Below, in pieces: positions 37,085-49,454 of a DNA stretch of 64,000 nucleotides. Source of the DNA: a virus; IMG/VR virus record IMGVR_UViG_3300025383_001085; one strand, 5' to 3'. Position numbers and translations under genes: made by a program. Numbering within the stretch: position 1 is the first letter of the stretch; every line of letters starts with the position of its first letter. The notes beneath the pieces are model-generated. The model was not told where the DNA came from and searched no databases. It saw only the letters and a list, made by a program, of their open reading frames with translations.

Positions 37085-37903
37085 TTAGAAATAAGTTTGA
37101 TACCAAGTGGGTGTGCCACTGATGACGCCAGCGTATACCCAAGAAATAGGTTGAGCACCAAAGCCCGATACTAAATCCAAATATGCTGCAATCCCAGATC
37201 CGCCAGTGCCAATAACAAGTCCAGTACCAGCTCCGTTACCTTGATTTGATATAATTGCTTGTTGCCCACTTGCTGGTTTGAAAATTAGTTTGTTTACACC
37301 AGTTACTGTTGCAGCCGTGCCAGTTCCTGAACCAACTCCTGTTGCCGTAAATGTTTGCCCAGGATATGGACTAGTTGCACCTATACTAGAAAAATCAGTA
37401 GTTCCTTGGGTGACAATTACATATTCTGTACCAATTACGAAAGACCCTGCGTTAACAGTAGTAGTCGGGCATACTAATGGAACAACAAATGTATCACCTA
37501 CACTTGGGCTAGCGGGAAATTCAATTACCAAACCATATTTACTATTGGTATGAATTGGTGCATCATTTATACCTAATATTTTATCACCGGTAGTAACTTG
37601 ACGACCATATGCAGTTTGTGAACTTACTGTTAAATCAACAGGACTACCAGTTTGACTAAACATTTGTTTGATAGTGCCTGTCAATGAATAGCTAGTCCAG
37701 AAACTATCTGTTTTAGTACTGAATATCCAAACGTTCGAATAACCAGGTGATCCGGCTCCGGCCGGACTGGAACTACCACCAGCATAGGCTTTAAGGTTTG
37801 CTGCAGTAATTTGACTTGTGGTTCCTGATTGAACCACTGGAATTAATTCTGATCCAGATAAACTGCTTATACTTGGTAAAGCACTGATTTTTACGTTTGC
37901 CAC
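37085..37903 (-). CDS. Tail-fibre/virion protein
   Basis: N-terminus ANVKISALP...IPVVQSGTT typical of fibre adaptors. Confidence 0.65.
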   Translation of the reverse strand: MANVKISALPSISSLSGSELIPVVQSGTTSQITAANLKAYAGGSSSPAGAGSPGYSNVWIFSTKTDSFWTSYSLTGTIKQMFSQTGSPVDLTVSSQTAYGRQVTTGDKILGINDAPIHTNSKYGLVIEFPASPSVGDTFVVPLVCPTTTVNAGSFVIGTEYVIVTQGTTDFSSIGATSPYPGQTFTATGVGSGTGTAATVTGVNKLIFKPASGQQAIISNQGNGAGTGLVIGTGGSGIAAYLDLVSGFGAQPISWVYAGVISGTPTWYQTYF

Positions 37904-37917
37904 TTTTATTCCTTATT

Positions 37918-38076
37918 TTATATAATTAAATTATCCCCGGACTCAGTTAATATCTGAGTTACACCATCTTCTGTAGTCAAATCATTGTATATAACCACAT
38001 AGGCATTTAATAGGGTAACTGCAATGTTACCTATGTCAATGCCACTACCAATTTTTACACCAGATTCGATTATCAT
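37918..38076 (-). CDS. 52-aa virion-associated peptide
   Basis: [16 protein letters not shown]...LTTEDG..ILTESGD; ATGA overlap. Confidence 0.55.
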   Translation of the reverse strand: MIIESGVKIGSGIDIGNIAVTLLNAYVVIYNDLTTEDGVTQILTESGDNLII

Positions 38077-41000
38077 ACCAATCTTTCGATACTGATCATA
38101 TTGTTGTTGTAGCCTATACCAACTACCAATGTTATTCTCCAAGCAATAGAATTTGAAGTATCTCTAATTACCCAGGTATCGGTCAGACCAGCACCACTCA
38201 AATTAGCAGAAGCACTTAAATATGCCGGTGTGGTAGTAACACTTAATGGACTAGTACCGCCATCAATGTAGCCGCCGGCTGTGCTACTACCATAAACAGT
38301 AAGTGTTCCTGATACGGTTGATACTTGTAAACTTGCGTTTCCACTAGAAGCCATTCTTACTTTTAGATTGCCTAAAGTAACATCTACACCACGATTAACA
38401 AATCCTGAGGCTTTTGTTATAAGACTAGTACTTGTTCCAGTAACATTCAGGTTGCCACCAACTGACACATTGCCAGTTGTGGTCATTGTGCCAAGCGTGT
38501 TAAGGGCAAAGGCTTGGTTAATCTGTGTGATGGCAGCACGGCTAAAGTAGCCACCACGGTGTTTGGCATTTAGGCCTGACGTACCGCCTGTTACTCTAAA
38601 CTTGACAGTTTGATTTGTGCCGGGAGTATAAACAATATCTAAACTGATGTTGTTGACTTCATTGTAGCCGGTGTTGTATGCGGCCGATATCTGTTGGTTG
38701 CCGATTACTGCATTGGTTGTGGCATCAACCAGTTGAACTATCAAATATCCGTTGGCACTGTAACCAGCAAAGCTGAACATGCCCACAATATTGTAGGTCG
38801 ACCCTGCAGTCAATGTGAACTGACCGTTTGATGTGCTGTAGGCAATGCCTGAACTGGTTGACAAGGTGTCCCAGATAATATCTGTACCTGTGGCATATAC
38901 TGTTTGGTCAGCGGCATTGGTCACATTCACATACTGATTGTTTAAGGTGCCAGTAGCAGTGGCCTGAACTGCTATGGCCGGATTCAGTTGTTCAATTTCA
39001 ACCACCGCCCCACCATTGACACCGTTGAAGGTGATGGTATTGTCAATGCTGGTCAATCGATATGTGGTGGCCTGAGTGGGTGTTACATACGCAATGGTTT
39101 CGTTGTTACTTCCTATATGTCCGGCAGTACTGTCTACTGCTTCTGTAAAGCCACGAGTACCAACATAGGCACTGTCAGTCACACTATACCATTGGAATTG
39201 ACCCCAGGTGTTTGACGACACAAATCTTGAGGCAGTAAACTTCAGTTTGTATGTCCAGCCTGGTTGTAGAGTAAATGTTGATGTGGTTGGTTGTGTGATC
39301 AATGATCCCACAGAATACACACTATTTGAGAAAGGTACAGCACCACCGGCTGTGACTGCTACATCTCCACCAGTGTTAGTAGTCGCAAGCAATCTTGAAC
39401 CATTTACTACCCCATAAGTTGTTGGCTGACCGTTGACGATAATATTACTAACATTCAAATTGCCTGGAATAACAACATTACCGTTACTGGCAACTGTCAT
39501 TCTTGTTGCTAATATATTTGCACCTGCACCAGGAACTTTTGTAGCAAAGTTGATGTTGGCACTATAATCACCGTTGTCAATAGCAAAAATTCTTGCTTCT
39601 GGTGGGAATCCGGCACCACTATAGGTGTACAAATCAATAGCCGAGCCACTGCCAGCACCACCTCCAGTGTTGAATAAGTTCAATGTACTGACTACATTGC
39701 CAGCATTTGAAACAGTAACACTCATTGGAGATGCATAGTAAGCAGTGCCTACTGCGGTACCAACAAACAAACTAGTACCAGTTATAGTTCCGACTACACC
39801 CACATTAGTACCAAATGTAGCAGAGTTATTAACTGTTAAATTGTTAACAGTAACATTGCCACCATAAGTTGCAGTAGTACCGTATGCATTACCAAAATGT
39901 GATCCAGCAATATTGCCAGCAGTGATATTCCCTGTACCGCTACCAATACTAACACTCGCATTTGCTGCACCTGCATTAATTGCAGTAGCAACTCCGCCTA
40001 TATTCAAAGTAGTTGCAGTGGTATTGAATACCGAAACATTGGTAGTGGCTGCAATAATACTTGTTGTAGTTACATCCTGTCCTGCGGTTAGATGTTGTAG
40101 GCCACTTAATGTAGCAGTACTTGGATTGTAACGTAGCCCATTGCTCAATCCATTTAGCGAACTTGTTCCAGTATTGGCAAATACCACTGGATAATAATTG
40201 TTAACGCTGGTATTGGCTATGGTGCTAGTAACGGCCGACACATTTGTTATTTGTGTGCCATCACCAATTAAACTTGCACCAGCGTTACCGATAGTAGCAG
40301 CATTTACAGTTGTACCATTTAGTGTACTGGTTAGCGTTAAGCCAGCAAAAGAAGGCGAACCATTTGTTTGTAAATTTTGTGGGCTACTGATAGTTACGGT
40401 ATTACCGCTGGCAGTTATTGTAACACCATTTGTACTGGCAAATGCCAATGTTTGATTAATTAAACTAACTGATCCAGTTCCGCTTGTACCAGACATACTC
40501 AACGAGCTACTGACACTGGCAGTGCCGATATTGGCAACACGGCCATATGGGTCTAACGTAATTACTGGAATACTAGTGGCATTACCTGTAGTGCCTGCTC
40601 CAGGACCAGCAGTAGTTAAACTGATATTTGAACCAGTAATAGTTAAATTACCTGTACCTGATGAAGTCGAAACCACACGATTACCATTATCAGTAATCAC
40701 ATTGCCTGTAACGCTACCGGTTGTGCTGATTGGAAGATTGAAAGTCCACGCATTGCTGATACTGTTATATAATATACTGGCATTTGCACCGTTGGCAAAT
40801 ATACCTGCACCGTTGGCCTGTGTTGTAGTACTAGCGTTTGCAGCCAAAGTAATTACTAAATTACTCAATGTTAAATTGGTGGCATTTACTGTAGTAGTGG
40901 TACCACTAACCTGTAGATTTCCTAAAACATATAAACTGTTGCCTACAATAGCATTGCCACCTACTGTAGTATTGCCTGACGATTGTATTATAGTAGCAGA

Positions 41001-42050
41001 TAATACATTGACATTTGAAATGTTGCCCGATGACCCAGTGGTAGTGATATTACCACCTACATATAACGCTCCGCCAATACCAACTCCACCTACTACTTGC
41101 AATGCACCTGTTGTGGTACTGGTTGCAGGTGTGGTGTTTGTTGTGATAATTTGTTGTGTAGTTGTGCCTGAAAATATTCCAGTAGGTCCTTGTGGGCCTT
41201 GTGCCCCAGTTGAACCCTGTGGTCCTTGTGGTCCTTGTGCCCCAGTTGAACCCTGTGGTCCTTGTGGACCTTGTGTTCCTGCAGAGCCGGCGGTTCCTTG
41301 TGGACCTTGAGGGCCTTGTACTCCCGAAGAGCCTGCAGCTCCTTGTGGTCCTTGCGGTCCTTGTGCCCCAGTTGGTCCTTGTACTCCGGTGGCACCTGTC
41401 GGGCCTACTATTCTACCAGCATCGTGCCAAGTACTGTCTGCACCCCAAAACCAAACATTACCTGTATTTGAAGTAATATATCCATCGTCTAAATTATTGC
41501 TGGTATTTGGTAAGAATGTATAGTCTGTTACTGTACCCAATAATGTTACACTAACACCTTGTTGTCCTTGTGGACCTTGTGGTCCAGTTTGCCCTTGCGG
41601 TCCCTGTGGTCCTTGTGTGCCAATTGGTCCCTGCGGTCCTTGTATTCCCTGGGGTCCTTGAACACCTGCTCCAGTAGGTCCTTGTGGTCCTTGCGCTCCA
41701 GCGCTGCCATTACTTCCACTTGGGCCTTGTGGTCCTTGTACACCAGTAGGTCCTTGTGGTCCTTGCGCTCCAGCGCTGCCATTACTTCCACTTGGGCCTT
41801 GTGGTCCTTGTACACCAGTAGGTCCTTGTGGTCCTTGTACGCCAGTGGGTCCTTGCGCACCTTGTGGCCCGGGTACAGTACTAGCTGCACCTTGTGGTCC
41901 TTGTGGTCCAGTTTGTCCTTGTGGGCCCTGGGGGCCTTGCGCACCAATTCCAGCAACACCATTCCAATGAACGCCGTCAAATGTATAAGTAACACCATTG
42001 GGTGCTGAATAAGTTTGTCCGGTTGATGGACTTGCTGGAAAATTTAACAT
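38073..42050 (-). CDS. Collagen-containing tail fibre protein
   Basis: LNFPASP..GQTY N-terminus; two GPQ collagen blocks; long beta-rich fibre; C-terminal globular domains. Confidence 0.8.
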   Translation of the reverse strand: MLNFPASPSTGQTYSAPNGVTYTFDGVHWNGVAGIGAQGPQGPQGQTGPQGPQGAASTVPGPQGAQGPTGVQGPQGPTGVQGPQGPSGSNGSAGAQGPQGPTGVQGPQGPSGSNGSAGAQGPQGPTGAGVQGPQGIQGPQGPIGTQGPQGPQGQTGPQGPQGQQGVSVTLLGTVTDYTFLPNTSNNLDDGYITSNTGNVWFWGADSTWHDAGRIVGPTGATGVQGPTGAQGPQGPQGAAGSSGVQGPQGPQGTAGSAGTQGPQGPQGSTGAQGPQGPQGSTGAQGPQGPTGIFSGTTTQQIITTNTTPATSTTTGALQVVGGVGIGGALYVGGNITTTGSSGNISNVNVLSATIIQSSGNTTVGGNAIVGNSLYVLGNLQVSGTTTTVNATNLTLSNLVITLAANASTTTQANGAGIFANGANASILYNSISNAWTFNLPISTTGSVTGNVITDNGNRVVSTSSGTGNLTITGSNISLTTAGPGAGTTGNATSIPVITLDPYGRVANIGTASVSSSLSMSGTSGTGSVSLINQTLAFASTNGVTITASGNTVTISSPQNLQTNGSPSFAGLTLTSTLNGTTVNAATIGNAGASLIGDGTQITNVSAVTSTIANTSVNNYYPVVFANTGTSSLNGLSNGLRYNPSTATLSGLQHLTAGQDVTTTSIIAATTNVSVFNTTATTLNIGGVATAINAGAANASVSIGSGTGNITAGNIAGSHFGNAYGTTATYGGNVTVNNLTVNNSATFGTNVGVVGTITGTSLFVGTAVGTAYYASPMSVTVSNAGNVVSTLNLFNTGGGAGSGSAIDLYTYSGAGFPPEARIFAIDNGDYSANINFATKVPGAGANILATRMTVASNGNVVIPGNLNVSNIIVNGQPTTYGVVNGSRLLATTNTGGDVAVTAGGAVPFSNSVYSVGSLITQPTTSTFTLQPGWTYKLKFTASRFVSSNTWGQFQWYSVTDSAYVGTRGFTEAVDSTAGHIGSNNETIAYVTPTQATTYRLTSIDNTITFNGVNGGAVVEIEQLNPAIAVQATATGTLNNQYVNVTNAADQTVYATGTDIIWDTLSTSSGIAYSTSNGQFTLTAGSTYNIVGMFSFAGYSANGYLIVQLVDATTNAVIGNQQISAAYNTGYNEVNNISLDIVYTPGTNQTVKFRVTGGTSGLNAKHRGGYFSRAAITQINQAFALNTLGTMTTTGNVSVGGNLNVTGTSTSLITKASGFVNRGVDVTLGNLKVRMASSGNASLQVSTVSGTLTVYGSSTAGGYIDGGTSPLSVTTTPAYLSASANLSGAGLTDTWVIRDTSNSIAWRITLVVGIGYNNNMISIERLV
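41671..41837. repeat. Exact 72-nt tandem duplication in collagen coding region
   Basis: Unit starts at 41671, 41743 and 41815 (24 aa [24 protein letters not shown]). Confidence 0.8.
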
Positions 42051-42087
42051 CTATTACTCCGATATATTTTATATTTATTTTAACTCA

Positions 42088-43230
42088 TTAACAATTATAA
42101 TAGCTTTGCAGTGCGCTGATGGTTTGGGTTAAAGCAGCACCAGTCAATTTAGTTTGGTATTGTAAAATAGCATAAAGAGTGCCATTTATTTCCATATAAT
42201 TTGTGGAGGCGGCACTACTTGGCGAATAAGATTGTCCCCAGCTGGCATATTCACTTGGATATCCAGATAAAATAGTACTAGAAGCTTCAGCTCCATACAA
42301 CTCAGATGCACCCGGAGTTTGGTTAAGCATTCCACTTAATGCTCCAGTATTTGTTCCGGCAATATAAAATGTTGGTAAATTGATTGGATATCCTTGTGGG
42401 CTGGTACCATAAGCCATATTAAACACATAAATTGCAATTTTATTAGTCGATGCGCCCCAATTGAATGCACCCGATGCAGTACCACCTGGATTAGAATATA
42501 TATTAACTCTACCTACTATCGCAGGTAAGCCTGTTGCTGGATCAGTTTGAGGATAAGCAGGTGTTGTTGTTAACAAACTTACGCTAAAACCACTACCCGT
42601 TGATTGCTCTACGTCAGTGGCTAAAGTGCCAGCCCCACCTGTTAGGCTTGCAACCATAATAGTTGTACCGCCTATGTAATCGCTTTTAATAGTTACACGT
42701 TGATTACCACTTGCATTGGCAGTAAATTGTAGTCCAGCATCACCGTTACTGTTAACCACATAACCAGGAGAACCTACAATAGTTCCATTTCTATTGTGGC
42801 CTGACAGGTCTGTCCACGTAGAACTTCCGCTGGCAGGGTTTGACCATTGAAATAACAATAGTGAAGTAGATATTCCAGCCAATGGTCCTTTTGTTATAAC
42901 AAAAGATACCGTACTGGTTATAGGATTAACAATGCCGAATATGTCCTGTACTCCAAATGTAACAGATGTAGAAGAAGTCACTGGAGGTGCAGTACCCGAT
43001 ACTATTCCTGTAATAGGGTCTAATGTTATTCCTGTAGGCAGTGACCCATCTATAATAAAATATGTCATTGGTTCATTTCCACCAACAGAAACCAGTGGTT
43101 TGAACGGAGATAATACAGCATTCCAATATAAATTTTGAGGACTTACATACGGAGTAACAATCCAAGGAGGAGTTGTTCCATCAATTATAACGCCAGTATC
43201 AATAATTATTCCAGTTCCGATATTTGCCAT
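42088..43230 (-). CDS. Virion protein with He_PIG-type Ig domain and lectin/LamG-like domain
   Basis: GSLPTGITLDP.TG.VSGT; WTDLSGHNRNGT. Confidence 0.6.
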   Translation of the reverse strand: MANIGTGIIIDTGVIIDGTTPPWIVTPYVSPQNLYWNAVLSPFKPLVSVGGNEPMTYFIIDGSLPTGITLDPITGIVSGTAPPVTSSTSVTFGVQDIFGIVNPITSTVSFVITKGPLAGISTSLLLFQWSNPASGSSTWTDLSGHNRNGTIVGSPGYVVNSNGDAGLQFTANASGNQRVTIKSDYIGGTTIMVASLTGGAGTLATDVEQSTGSGFSVSLLTTTPAYPQTDPATGLPAIVGRVNIYSNPGGTASGAFNWGASTNKIAIYVFNMAYGTSPQGYPINLPTFYIAGTNTGALSGMLNQTPGASELYGAEASSTILSGYPSEYASWGQSYSPSSAASTNYMEINGTLYAILQYQTKLTGAALTQTISALQSYYNC

Positions 43231-43239
43231 TTATTTTTC

Positions 43240-45135
43240 CTAAGCGTGAATTGCATTTACACCAAATTGTACATCAAATTGATTGCTGGGAGATTCGTAA
43301 AATGTTACTTCATATTCTATGTTATACCCATCAGGGACCGGCAATCCTTTTGCTGACGGTCCGCTACTAGAATTAACTCCTTGCACACGAATTCTAAATG
43401 TCCTATTAGGAGCACTTCCGGATACCTGAGACCAAGCATTATTAGAATAGTTATCGCCTGTTGCCAACAATATTTTAGGCAATGCTGGATAAATGTTTGA
43501 TACATTTGTATAAATTGTTGAACCTGCAGTAAATGTTATATAACTGTTGGTGCCAACATAAAAGTCGTTGTAGGATGTGCCTAAATAATTTATACTAAAT
43601 GGTAAAGTAACATGCCAATAACCGTCGTCAAAATTACCAGTATCTAGCGGATTCAATGTGGTCATTCCCGAAGACCCTAAAATAGAATTTGTTATGCTGT
43701 TAACAGTTGCTGAACCTGTTGATGTTGTGATTCTATATCCAGTATGTGGCGCATTATCAAAATAACCGTGGGTGACTAATCCTTCTGCACTATCTACTCC
43801 ACTATATCCACCATTGGTGTAGTTAAACAATGTATTATTTGTGTTTGTCCCACTGGCTGTAGTTACATTAACACTGACCTGTCCAATTGGATGACTAGGT
43901 ATTACGCAGGTTATGCTGGTATCACTGTTAACAACCACTGATGTAGCCGGGTTACCTCCAAGGGTCACTGAAGTTGCACCAGTAAAATATTGTCCGGTTA
44001 TAGTAACTGTTAGACCACCACCACCGGTATTCGGACTAACACTAGTCACTATTGGTATAGGTGATGTATAAGTAAATTGGTCTGATGTCTGGACCGAACT
44101 GCCGCCGCCGCGTGCAGTAACTGTTATATCTATAATGCCAGCAGATTCGGCTGGTGCAGTTGCAGTGATCTGGGTTGAACTATTAACAGTATAACTTGAC
44201 GCATTTAATGTACCAAATTTAACTGCAGTAACACCAATAAATTCAGTACCAGTAATCACAACTGAAGTCCCGCCTAATGTAGTTCCGCTACTAGGTGAAA
44301 CCCCGGTAATTGTTGGAGGAGGATAAATGTAAGTCCATAAGGTATTAGACGAGTTACTACCATAAGAATTAGTAGCAATAACACTTGCAGTACCTATACT
44401 TCCAGCTGGAACTACACAAGTTAAACTGGTATCGCTGTTGACTACAACACTGGTAGCAGGTGTTCCACCAATTGTAACTGCTGTTACTCCCGTAAAATGT
44501 ACTCCAGTGAGAGTAACTGTAGTTCCGCCAGCAATATATCCTGATGAAGGACTAATACCAGTTATTAATGGAGCCAGACTCATATAGGTAAATTGATCAG
44601 CTGAGCTAGTAGCAGTGGTTCCGCCTGCAGCAGTTACTCGAATATCAATAACCCCAGCCGTTTCTGTTGGACTGGTTGCAGTAATTTGTGTTGTGCTATT
44701 GGCAGTAAAATTTGTGGCGTTTGTTGTGCCAAATTTAACTGCAGTAACATTGATAAAATTAGTACCTGTGATAGTAACTGTGGTATTGCCTTGTATTGGG
44801 CCACTGGTCGGAGATATACCGGTGATTGTCGGTACAGGGTACGTATAAGTCCATAATGTATTGGCCTTATTACTGCCGTACGGGCTAGTAACTACAACAC
44901 TAGCAGTTCCTGCACTACCAGACGGCACTGTACAAGTAATACTGGTATCACTGACCACAGTAAAATTAGTTACTGCAGATCCGCCTACTGTGGCACTAGT
45001 GGCCCAAGTAAAGTTTTTTCCGGTAATAGTAACATTAACACCGCCTGCTATTGTACTGGTATTAGGACTAATGCTAGATACAACAGGAATTAAACTCCCG
45101 CCATAACTAGCCATAACTGCAACTGCACCTGTCAT
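43240..45135 (-). CDS. Protein with five tandem IPT/TIG Ig-like domains
   Basis: Five P.ITGISP.SG...GGT.VTITG..F repeats plus C-terminal domain. Confidence 0.85.
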   Translation of the reverse strand: MTGAVAVMASYGGSLIPVVSSISPNTSTIAGGVNVTITGKNFTWATSATVGGSAVTNFTVVSDTSITCTVPSGSAGTASVVVTSPYGSNKANTLWTYTYPVPTITGISPTSGPIQGNTTVTITGTNFINVTAVKFGTTNATNFTANSTTQITATSPTETAGVIDIRVTAAGGTTATSSADQFTYMSLAPLITGISPSSGYIAGGTTVTLTGVHFTGVTAVTIGGTPATSVVVNSDTSLTCVVPAGSIGTASVIATNSYGSNSSNTLWTYIYPPPTITGVSPSSGTTLGGTSVVITGTEFIGVTAVKFGTLNASSYTVNSSTQITATAPAESAGIIDITVTARGGGSSVQTSDQFTYTSPIPIVTSVSPNTGGGGLTVTITGQYFTGATSVTLGGNPATSVVVNSDTSITCVIPSHPIGQVSVNVTTASGTNTNNTLFNYTNGGYSGVDSAEGLVTHGYFDNAPHTGYRITTSTGSATVNSITNSILGSSGMTTLNPLDTGNFDDGYWHVTLPFSINYLGTSYNDFYVGTNSYITFTAGSTIYTNVSNIYPALPKILLATGDNYSNNAWSQVSGSAPNRTFRIRVQGVNSSSGPSAKGLPVPDGYNIEYEVTFYESPSNQFDVQFGVNAIHA

Positions 45136-48100
45136 TATGACAATCCTGTTCCGTTAATGTACCAAGTTGTACTAGCAACTTTAACCATTGTGGCCATACC
45201 GTATGGGGCCAGTGTACGACTACCAGTATTGCCGGTGCCTGCCAAATACATAGTATCAGATGTAGTTGATATAGTCACTGTTGCGGTAGGACCTGCAACA
45301 ATTGTAATTGCACTGCCAATTGGGAACGCTACAGTACTGTTAGCAGGTACCGTTACAGTACTGTTTGCAGTTACATAAACGTGCTTGCCTTGATCTGCGT
45401 ATGCCAGTGTATATCCTGAACTTTGACTGTTTTGTGGTAAGCCAATATAGCCCAATGCTGTAGAAGTTGATGTACTAGTACCACTGGCAGCATTACTATA
45501 AATATTTCCTAGAACTCCTAGTGTTGTGCCAATGGTTACTGAATTATTAACAGTTAACGCATTTACTGTAGCATTTCCACTAACAGTAACTGTTGATAAT
45601 ACACCCAGCCCATTAATATTGCTTTGAATATTACCAGTGACATACTGTGCAACTCCTGAACTTACAATACTTGCATTACTATTCATTGGCACAAAACCTA
45701 ATGCATTAGTAACATTGGCAGCGGTTAATCCTGTTACATATTGTGCTGTAACTGCTGACAGTACAGTACCTGATACTGCAGAACCTAATATATATGTAAT
45801 ACCAGAACCATTACCAACAAATGTTGCAGCGTTTGCATAGCCAGTTACTACAATGTTATTACCAAAGTAATTTACAGCATTTGCATTACCAGTTAGTACA
45901 ATGTTATTGCCAAAGTAAGTAGCAACATTACTGATATTTCCGCTATTTCCCAGTGTTCTAATACCAGTATTAAATGTCCAATCATTGTAAGTTGAATTCC
46001 ATAACAAGCTGGCATTGGCACCGTCTACTAAAATACCCGAGTTGTTGGCCTGTAGGCTTGTAGTAGCAGTATTACTGAGTGTTAGCAATGCACCGTTAAA
46101 TGTAAATCCACCGCTACCGCCTCCACCACTGCCTCCGCCAGTTACAACATTACCTGCGCTAGTGATTGTACCAAGTACAACTAAGTTTCCGCCAATATAT
46201 AAGTTTCCGCCAATTCCGCCACCACCAGCAACCTGTAGTGCGCCAGTACTAGTACTAGTACTGATTGTGGTATTGGTAGTAATTAACGGTAAATTGGTTG
46301 TTCCGCCAAATGTTCCTTGTGGTCCTTGTGGTCCTTGCGGACCGTTTCCACCCACAGGACCGATTGGTCCAGTTGGTCCTTGAACACCTTGTGGTCCAGG
46401 TACAGTACTGGCCGCACCAGCTGGGCCAGCAGGTCCTGTAAATCCTACTGGTCCTTGAGGGCCTTGTGGGCCCGACGCACCGACATTACCAATTGGGCCT
46501 TGTGGTCCTTGTGTACCTTGTGGTCCTCGTGCCCCAGTTGGACCTTGCAGTCCTTGTGGTCCTTGTGGTCCTTGTACTCCATCGTTGCCGTTAACACCAC
46601 TTGGACCTTGTGGTCCTTGTAAGCCAGTAGGTCCCTGTGGACCAGCACTACCGACTGCACCATCTAAGTTAATAATCCAAGAACTATATGTTCCTGAGCC
46701 TAACGAGCCAGTGGTGCTGAAATGTAATCTACCATTAGCTGAATAATCAACAACTGCAGCCAATTGATAATTGTAAGCATCTTTTGCTACAAATATGTTT
46801 TGAGCTGCAGTATAACTTAGATTAGTACCGATAGTAATAGTGCCACTAGTACCGTTTACAGAAGTAATAGTCCAAGTACTGTTACTAGTTGTAGCATATT
46901 TGTCACCGTTGAAACCACTAGGTCCTTGCGGTCCTTGTGGGCCTGTTTGTCCTTGTGGACCTTGTGGTCCGGGTACCGAACTTGCTGCTCCTTGTGGTCC
47001 GCTTGGTCCTTGTGGTCCTTGTGTACCCTGTGGTCCAGGCACTGTGCTGGCTGCACCTTGCGGTCCTTGCGGTCCAGCATTAACAATTAAATTCCAATTT
47101 AGTCCGTCGGAAAGCGGAGAACCAGTGGTAGTTGAACCAACTTTAATGTATAAATTTCCACCTGAGGTTACAGTATCATAAGGAGTATATGCTACATTTG
47201 CACTATAAATGCCTTTATAAGTGTAGCCTTGGCCTTGCGGTCCCTGTGGACCTTGAGCTCCAACTGGACCCTGCGGCCCTTGTGCACCGACTGGACCGCT
47301 TGGCCCTAAAGGCCCAGTATTACCAGTTGCACCAATCGGGCCTTGCGGTCCTTGTGGGCCTTGTAAGCCACGTAGTCCGCTAGTTCCTGCAGTACCTTGT
47401 GCTCCGCTTGGGCCTTGCGGTCCTTGTGGTCCTTGTGCGCCTTGTGGTCCTTGAAGTCCTCTTATTCCGCCAACACCAGGTATTCCAGTGGGACCCACTG
47501 CTCCGCTAGGACCTTGTGGACCACTTGGTCCCTGTGGTCCTTGTATGCCCGATGGGCCAGCTGGTCCAACATTACCGTGTATACCTTGTGGTCCTTGTAC
47601 GCCTTGTGGCCCTTGTGCACCTACAGGTCCTTGGTATCCTTGTGAACCTGCAGGGCCTGTTGGGCCCTGTGGTCCGCTTGGTCCTTGTGGTCCCGATGGG
47701 CCGCCAGCTGGTCCTGTTGGTCCTTGTGGGCCGTCATTGCCTGCTGGTCCTTGTGGTCCTTGTGGTCCTCCTGAAGGGCCTGCAGGTCCTGTTGGTCCAG
47801 TCGGTCCCGCAATACCAGGATTTGCAGTTACCCAAGCATTACCGTAATAAATGTATATTTGACCTGCAGTTGGGTCGAACCATTGTTCACCTTGTGTAGG
47901 GCTAACTGGTGCTGAATTACTTAATATTGTACCAGTACTACTTCCGCCACCGCCGCCTAATATAGGCTGACCATTTGGATAAAAAATTCCAGTAGCAACT
48001 ATATTACCTGCAGTAATGTTACCTTGCAAATATGCCGCAACATTGGCATCACCGTAGTTACTAGTTGAAACTATTCCAGTTAAATAACGTCCATTACCAA

Positions 48101-48485
48101 AAAAGTAATTGGCAGTGATGTTTCCACTGGTGGCTACACTGGCATTACCGTTGTTTACCAATACAGGCTGACCGCCTACCAATAACCCACCATTTGGGTC
48201 TGTGCTTAACGGTACATTACCAATCCAAACTGTGTGATTACTTACAAATAACTCTTTCCACTGAAGATCTGGAGTACCTAAACTATAGGTCACATTGGCT
48301 GATGGCACTAGGTTACTGCTGATACTAGAAAGATTAATGTCGTTGATGGGGAAACCGCCAGCAGTTACTCCGTCATGAACTATTAAAGTCCAATTATCTG
48401 TGTTAACCGTGACCTCACCGGGCGCACCAACAAAAGTGCTGTTTTGTGCTGTGTTTCCACGTCTCCATTGTACTTGTTTAGCCAT
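45135..48485 (-). CDS. Collagen tail fibre with Mtd_N-like N-terminus
   Basis: QVQWRRG.T....[21 protein letters not shown]; three collagen blocks; C-terminal FPIG...SRTLAPYG tip. Confidence 0.8.
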   Translation of the reverse strand: MAKQVQWRRGNTAQNSTFVGAPGEVTVNTDNWTLIVHDGVTAGGFPINDINLSSISSNLVPSANVTYSLGTPDLQWKELFVSNHTVWIGNVPLSTDPNGGLLVGGQPVLVNNGNASVATSGNITANYFFGNGRYLTGIVSTSNYGDANVAAYLQGNITAGNIVATGIFYPNGQPILGGGGGSSTGTILSNSAPVSPTQGEQWFDPTAGQIYIYYGNAWVTANPGIAGPTGPTGPAGPSGGPQGPQGPAGNDGPQGPTGPAGGPSGPQGPSGPQGPTGPAGSQGYQGPVGAQGPQGVQGPQGIHGNVGPAGPSGIQGPQGPSGPQGPSGAVGPTGIPGVGGIRGLQGPQGAQGPQGPQGPSGAQGTAGTSGLRGLQGPQGPQGPIGATGNTGPLGPSGPVGAQGPQGPVGAQGPQGPQGQGYTYKGIYSANVAYTPYDTVTSGGNLYIKVGSTTTGSPLSDGLNWNLIVNAGPQGPQGAASTVPGPQGTQGPQGPSGPQGAASSVPGPQGPQGQTGPQGPQGPSGFNGDKYATTSNSTWTITSVNGTSGTITIGTNLSYTAAQNIFVAKDAYNYQLAAVVDYSANGRLHFSTTGSLGSGTYSSWIINLDGAVGSAGPQGPTGLQGPQGPSGVNGNDGVQGPQGPQGLQGPTGARGPQGTQGPQGPIGNVGASGPQGPQGPVGFTGPAGPAGAASTVPGPQGVQGPTGPIGPVGGNGPQGPQGPQGTFGGTTNLPLITTNTTISTSTSTGALQVAGGGGIGGNLYIGGNLVVLGTITSAGNVVTGGGSGGGGSGGFTFNGALLTLSNTATTSLQANNSGILVDGANASLLWNSTYNDWTFNTGIRTLGNSGNISNVATYFGNNIVLTGNANAVNYFGNNIVVTGYANAATFVGNGSGITYILGSAVSGTVLSAVTAQYVTGLTAANVTNALGFVPMNSNASIVSSGVAQYVTGNIQSNINGLGVLSTVTVSGNATVNALTVNNSVTIGTTLGVLGNIYSNAASGTSTSTSTALGYIGLPQNSQSSGYTLAYADQGKHVYVTANSTVTVPANSTVAFPIGSAITIVAGPTATVTISTTSDTMYLAGTGNTGSRTLAPYGMATMVKVASTTWYINGTGLS

Positions 48486-48494
48486 CGTTCTTTC

Positions 48495-49019
48495 CTAAAT
48501 TGTTCCAAAATCTGCACCTGTAGCCGGGTCAGCTACAGATCCAAAATCTAATAATTCTGCTGCACCAGCGGCATACCCGCTGGGATTAATTTCTACTTGC
48601 CCAGACACACCATAATTATCATCTACATAAGCTGCAACATTTGCAGAACCATTATTGAATAATAGATTGTATGTATAATCTTGTCTATCTAAACTGTTTA
48701 ACTGTAATAATTCCAATTGTCCAATGGTAACTGAACCTAATCCGGACCTTGCATTGCTAACTGTCATTTGACTACTGAGTACAACATTGGCGTTGGCATA
48801 AACGTAACTGTCTATTAAATTGAAAGTTACGGTATAATCGGTGATATCTACAGGTTTTTGATCACTGTTCAAGACCTGAATCTTAACTATGTTGTCAACA
48901 CCTTGATAAAGCTTTAAGGGTCTGTTGTACACTACTCTGTTCCTTGTTGGTATAGTGGGATCTGTGTCAAATTGGACAACGACCACCGAATCGTAGAGAT
49001 AACTATAAATCTGCTGCAT
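48495..49019 (-). CDS. BppU-like virion protein
   Basis: LKLYQGVDN...V.NSDQKPVDIT. Confidence 0.55.
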   Translation of the reverse strand: MQQIYSYLYDSVVVVQFDTDPTIPTRNRVVYNRPLKLYQGVDNIVKIQVLNSDQKPVDITDYTVTFNLIDSYVYANANVVLSSQMTVSNARSGLGSVTIGQLELLQLNSLDRQDYTYNLLFNNGSANVAAYVDDNYGVSGQVEINPSGYAAGAAELLDFGSVADPATGADFGTI

Positions 49020-49066
49020 TAGATATTTAGCAGAATATCACATTCGTAATTAGCTTTGAATTTGGC

Positions 49067-49074
49067 TATAAATA
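49067..49074 (+). promoter_or_regulatory. T4-late-type promoter TATAAATA
   Basis: Exact TATAAATA 5 nt before GTG 49080. Confidence 0.65.
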
Positions 49075-49079
49075 TCATT

Positions 49080-49454
49080 GTGGAATTAGAATACCAAAAA
49101 TTATTAGACGAATTTCCTTTTCTCAGCCTAGTTACCTACGGTGGCAATGAGTACATAGGAATCATTCAAAACATCGACGATGTTATCACCAGCATTTACG
49201 ATTACGCTGCCTTAAAAACTTCAGATCAAAAACGACTTTATATGGAGTTGGCAGACACGTGGTGGTGGGAAAGCAACCGTATGGTTCCCATTAACATTTT
49301 CTTAAAACAAGATTGGATTCAGTTTAGGTTTACCTTAAAAACCCTAAACAGCAAGGACGTGGAATTAAAATACGGCCCAGCTATAAGTCTTAAAGAAAAC
49401 GCTCAAAAACGCGGTAAGCGTCGTAGTATAACCCTAGTTCGTAGGATCGTTTAA
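49080..49454 (+). CDS. Conserved hypothetical protein
   Basis: FPFLS...EYIGIIQN, WWWESNR..PINIFL. Confidence 0.7.
   Translation: MELEYQKLLDEFPFLSLVTYGGNEYIGIIQNIDDVITSIYDYAALKTSDQKRLYMELADTWWWESNRMVPINIFLKQDWIQFRFTLKTLNSKDVELKYGPAISLKENAQKRGKRRSITLVRRIV

Noticed and set aside
41180-47810. Short repeated DNA (ggtccttgtggtcc) resembling a CRISPR or tandem array
   Set aside because: 9-nt periodic coding repeats with no unique spacers and no cas genes.
40522-47899. Multiple alternative-frame and antisense ORFs (GPCGPC, HKDHK, LWSLWS repeats)
   Set aside because: By-products of GGA-CCA-CAA collagen codon repeats lacking stops.
45135-48485. Diversity-generating retroelement suggested by Mtd_N-like domain
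   Set aside because: No reverse transcriptase and no TR/VR pair with adenine-specific mismatches seen; Mtd_N is only an anchor domain.
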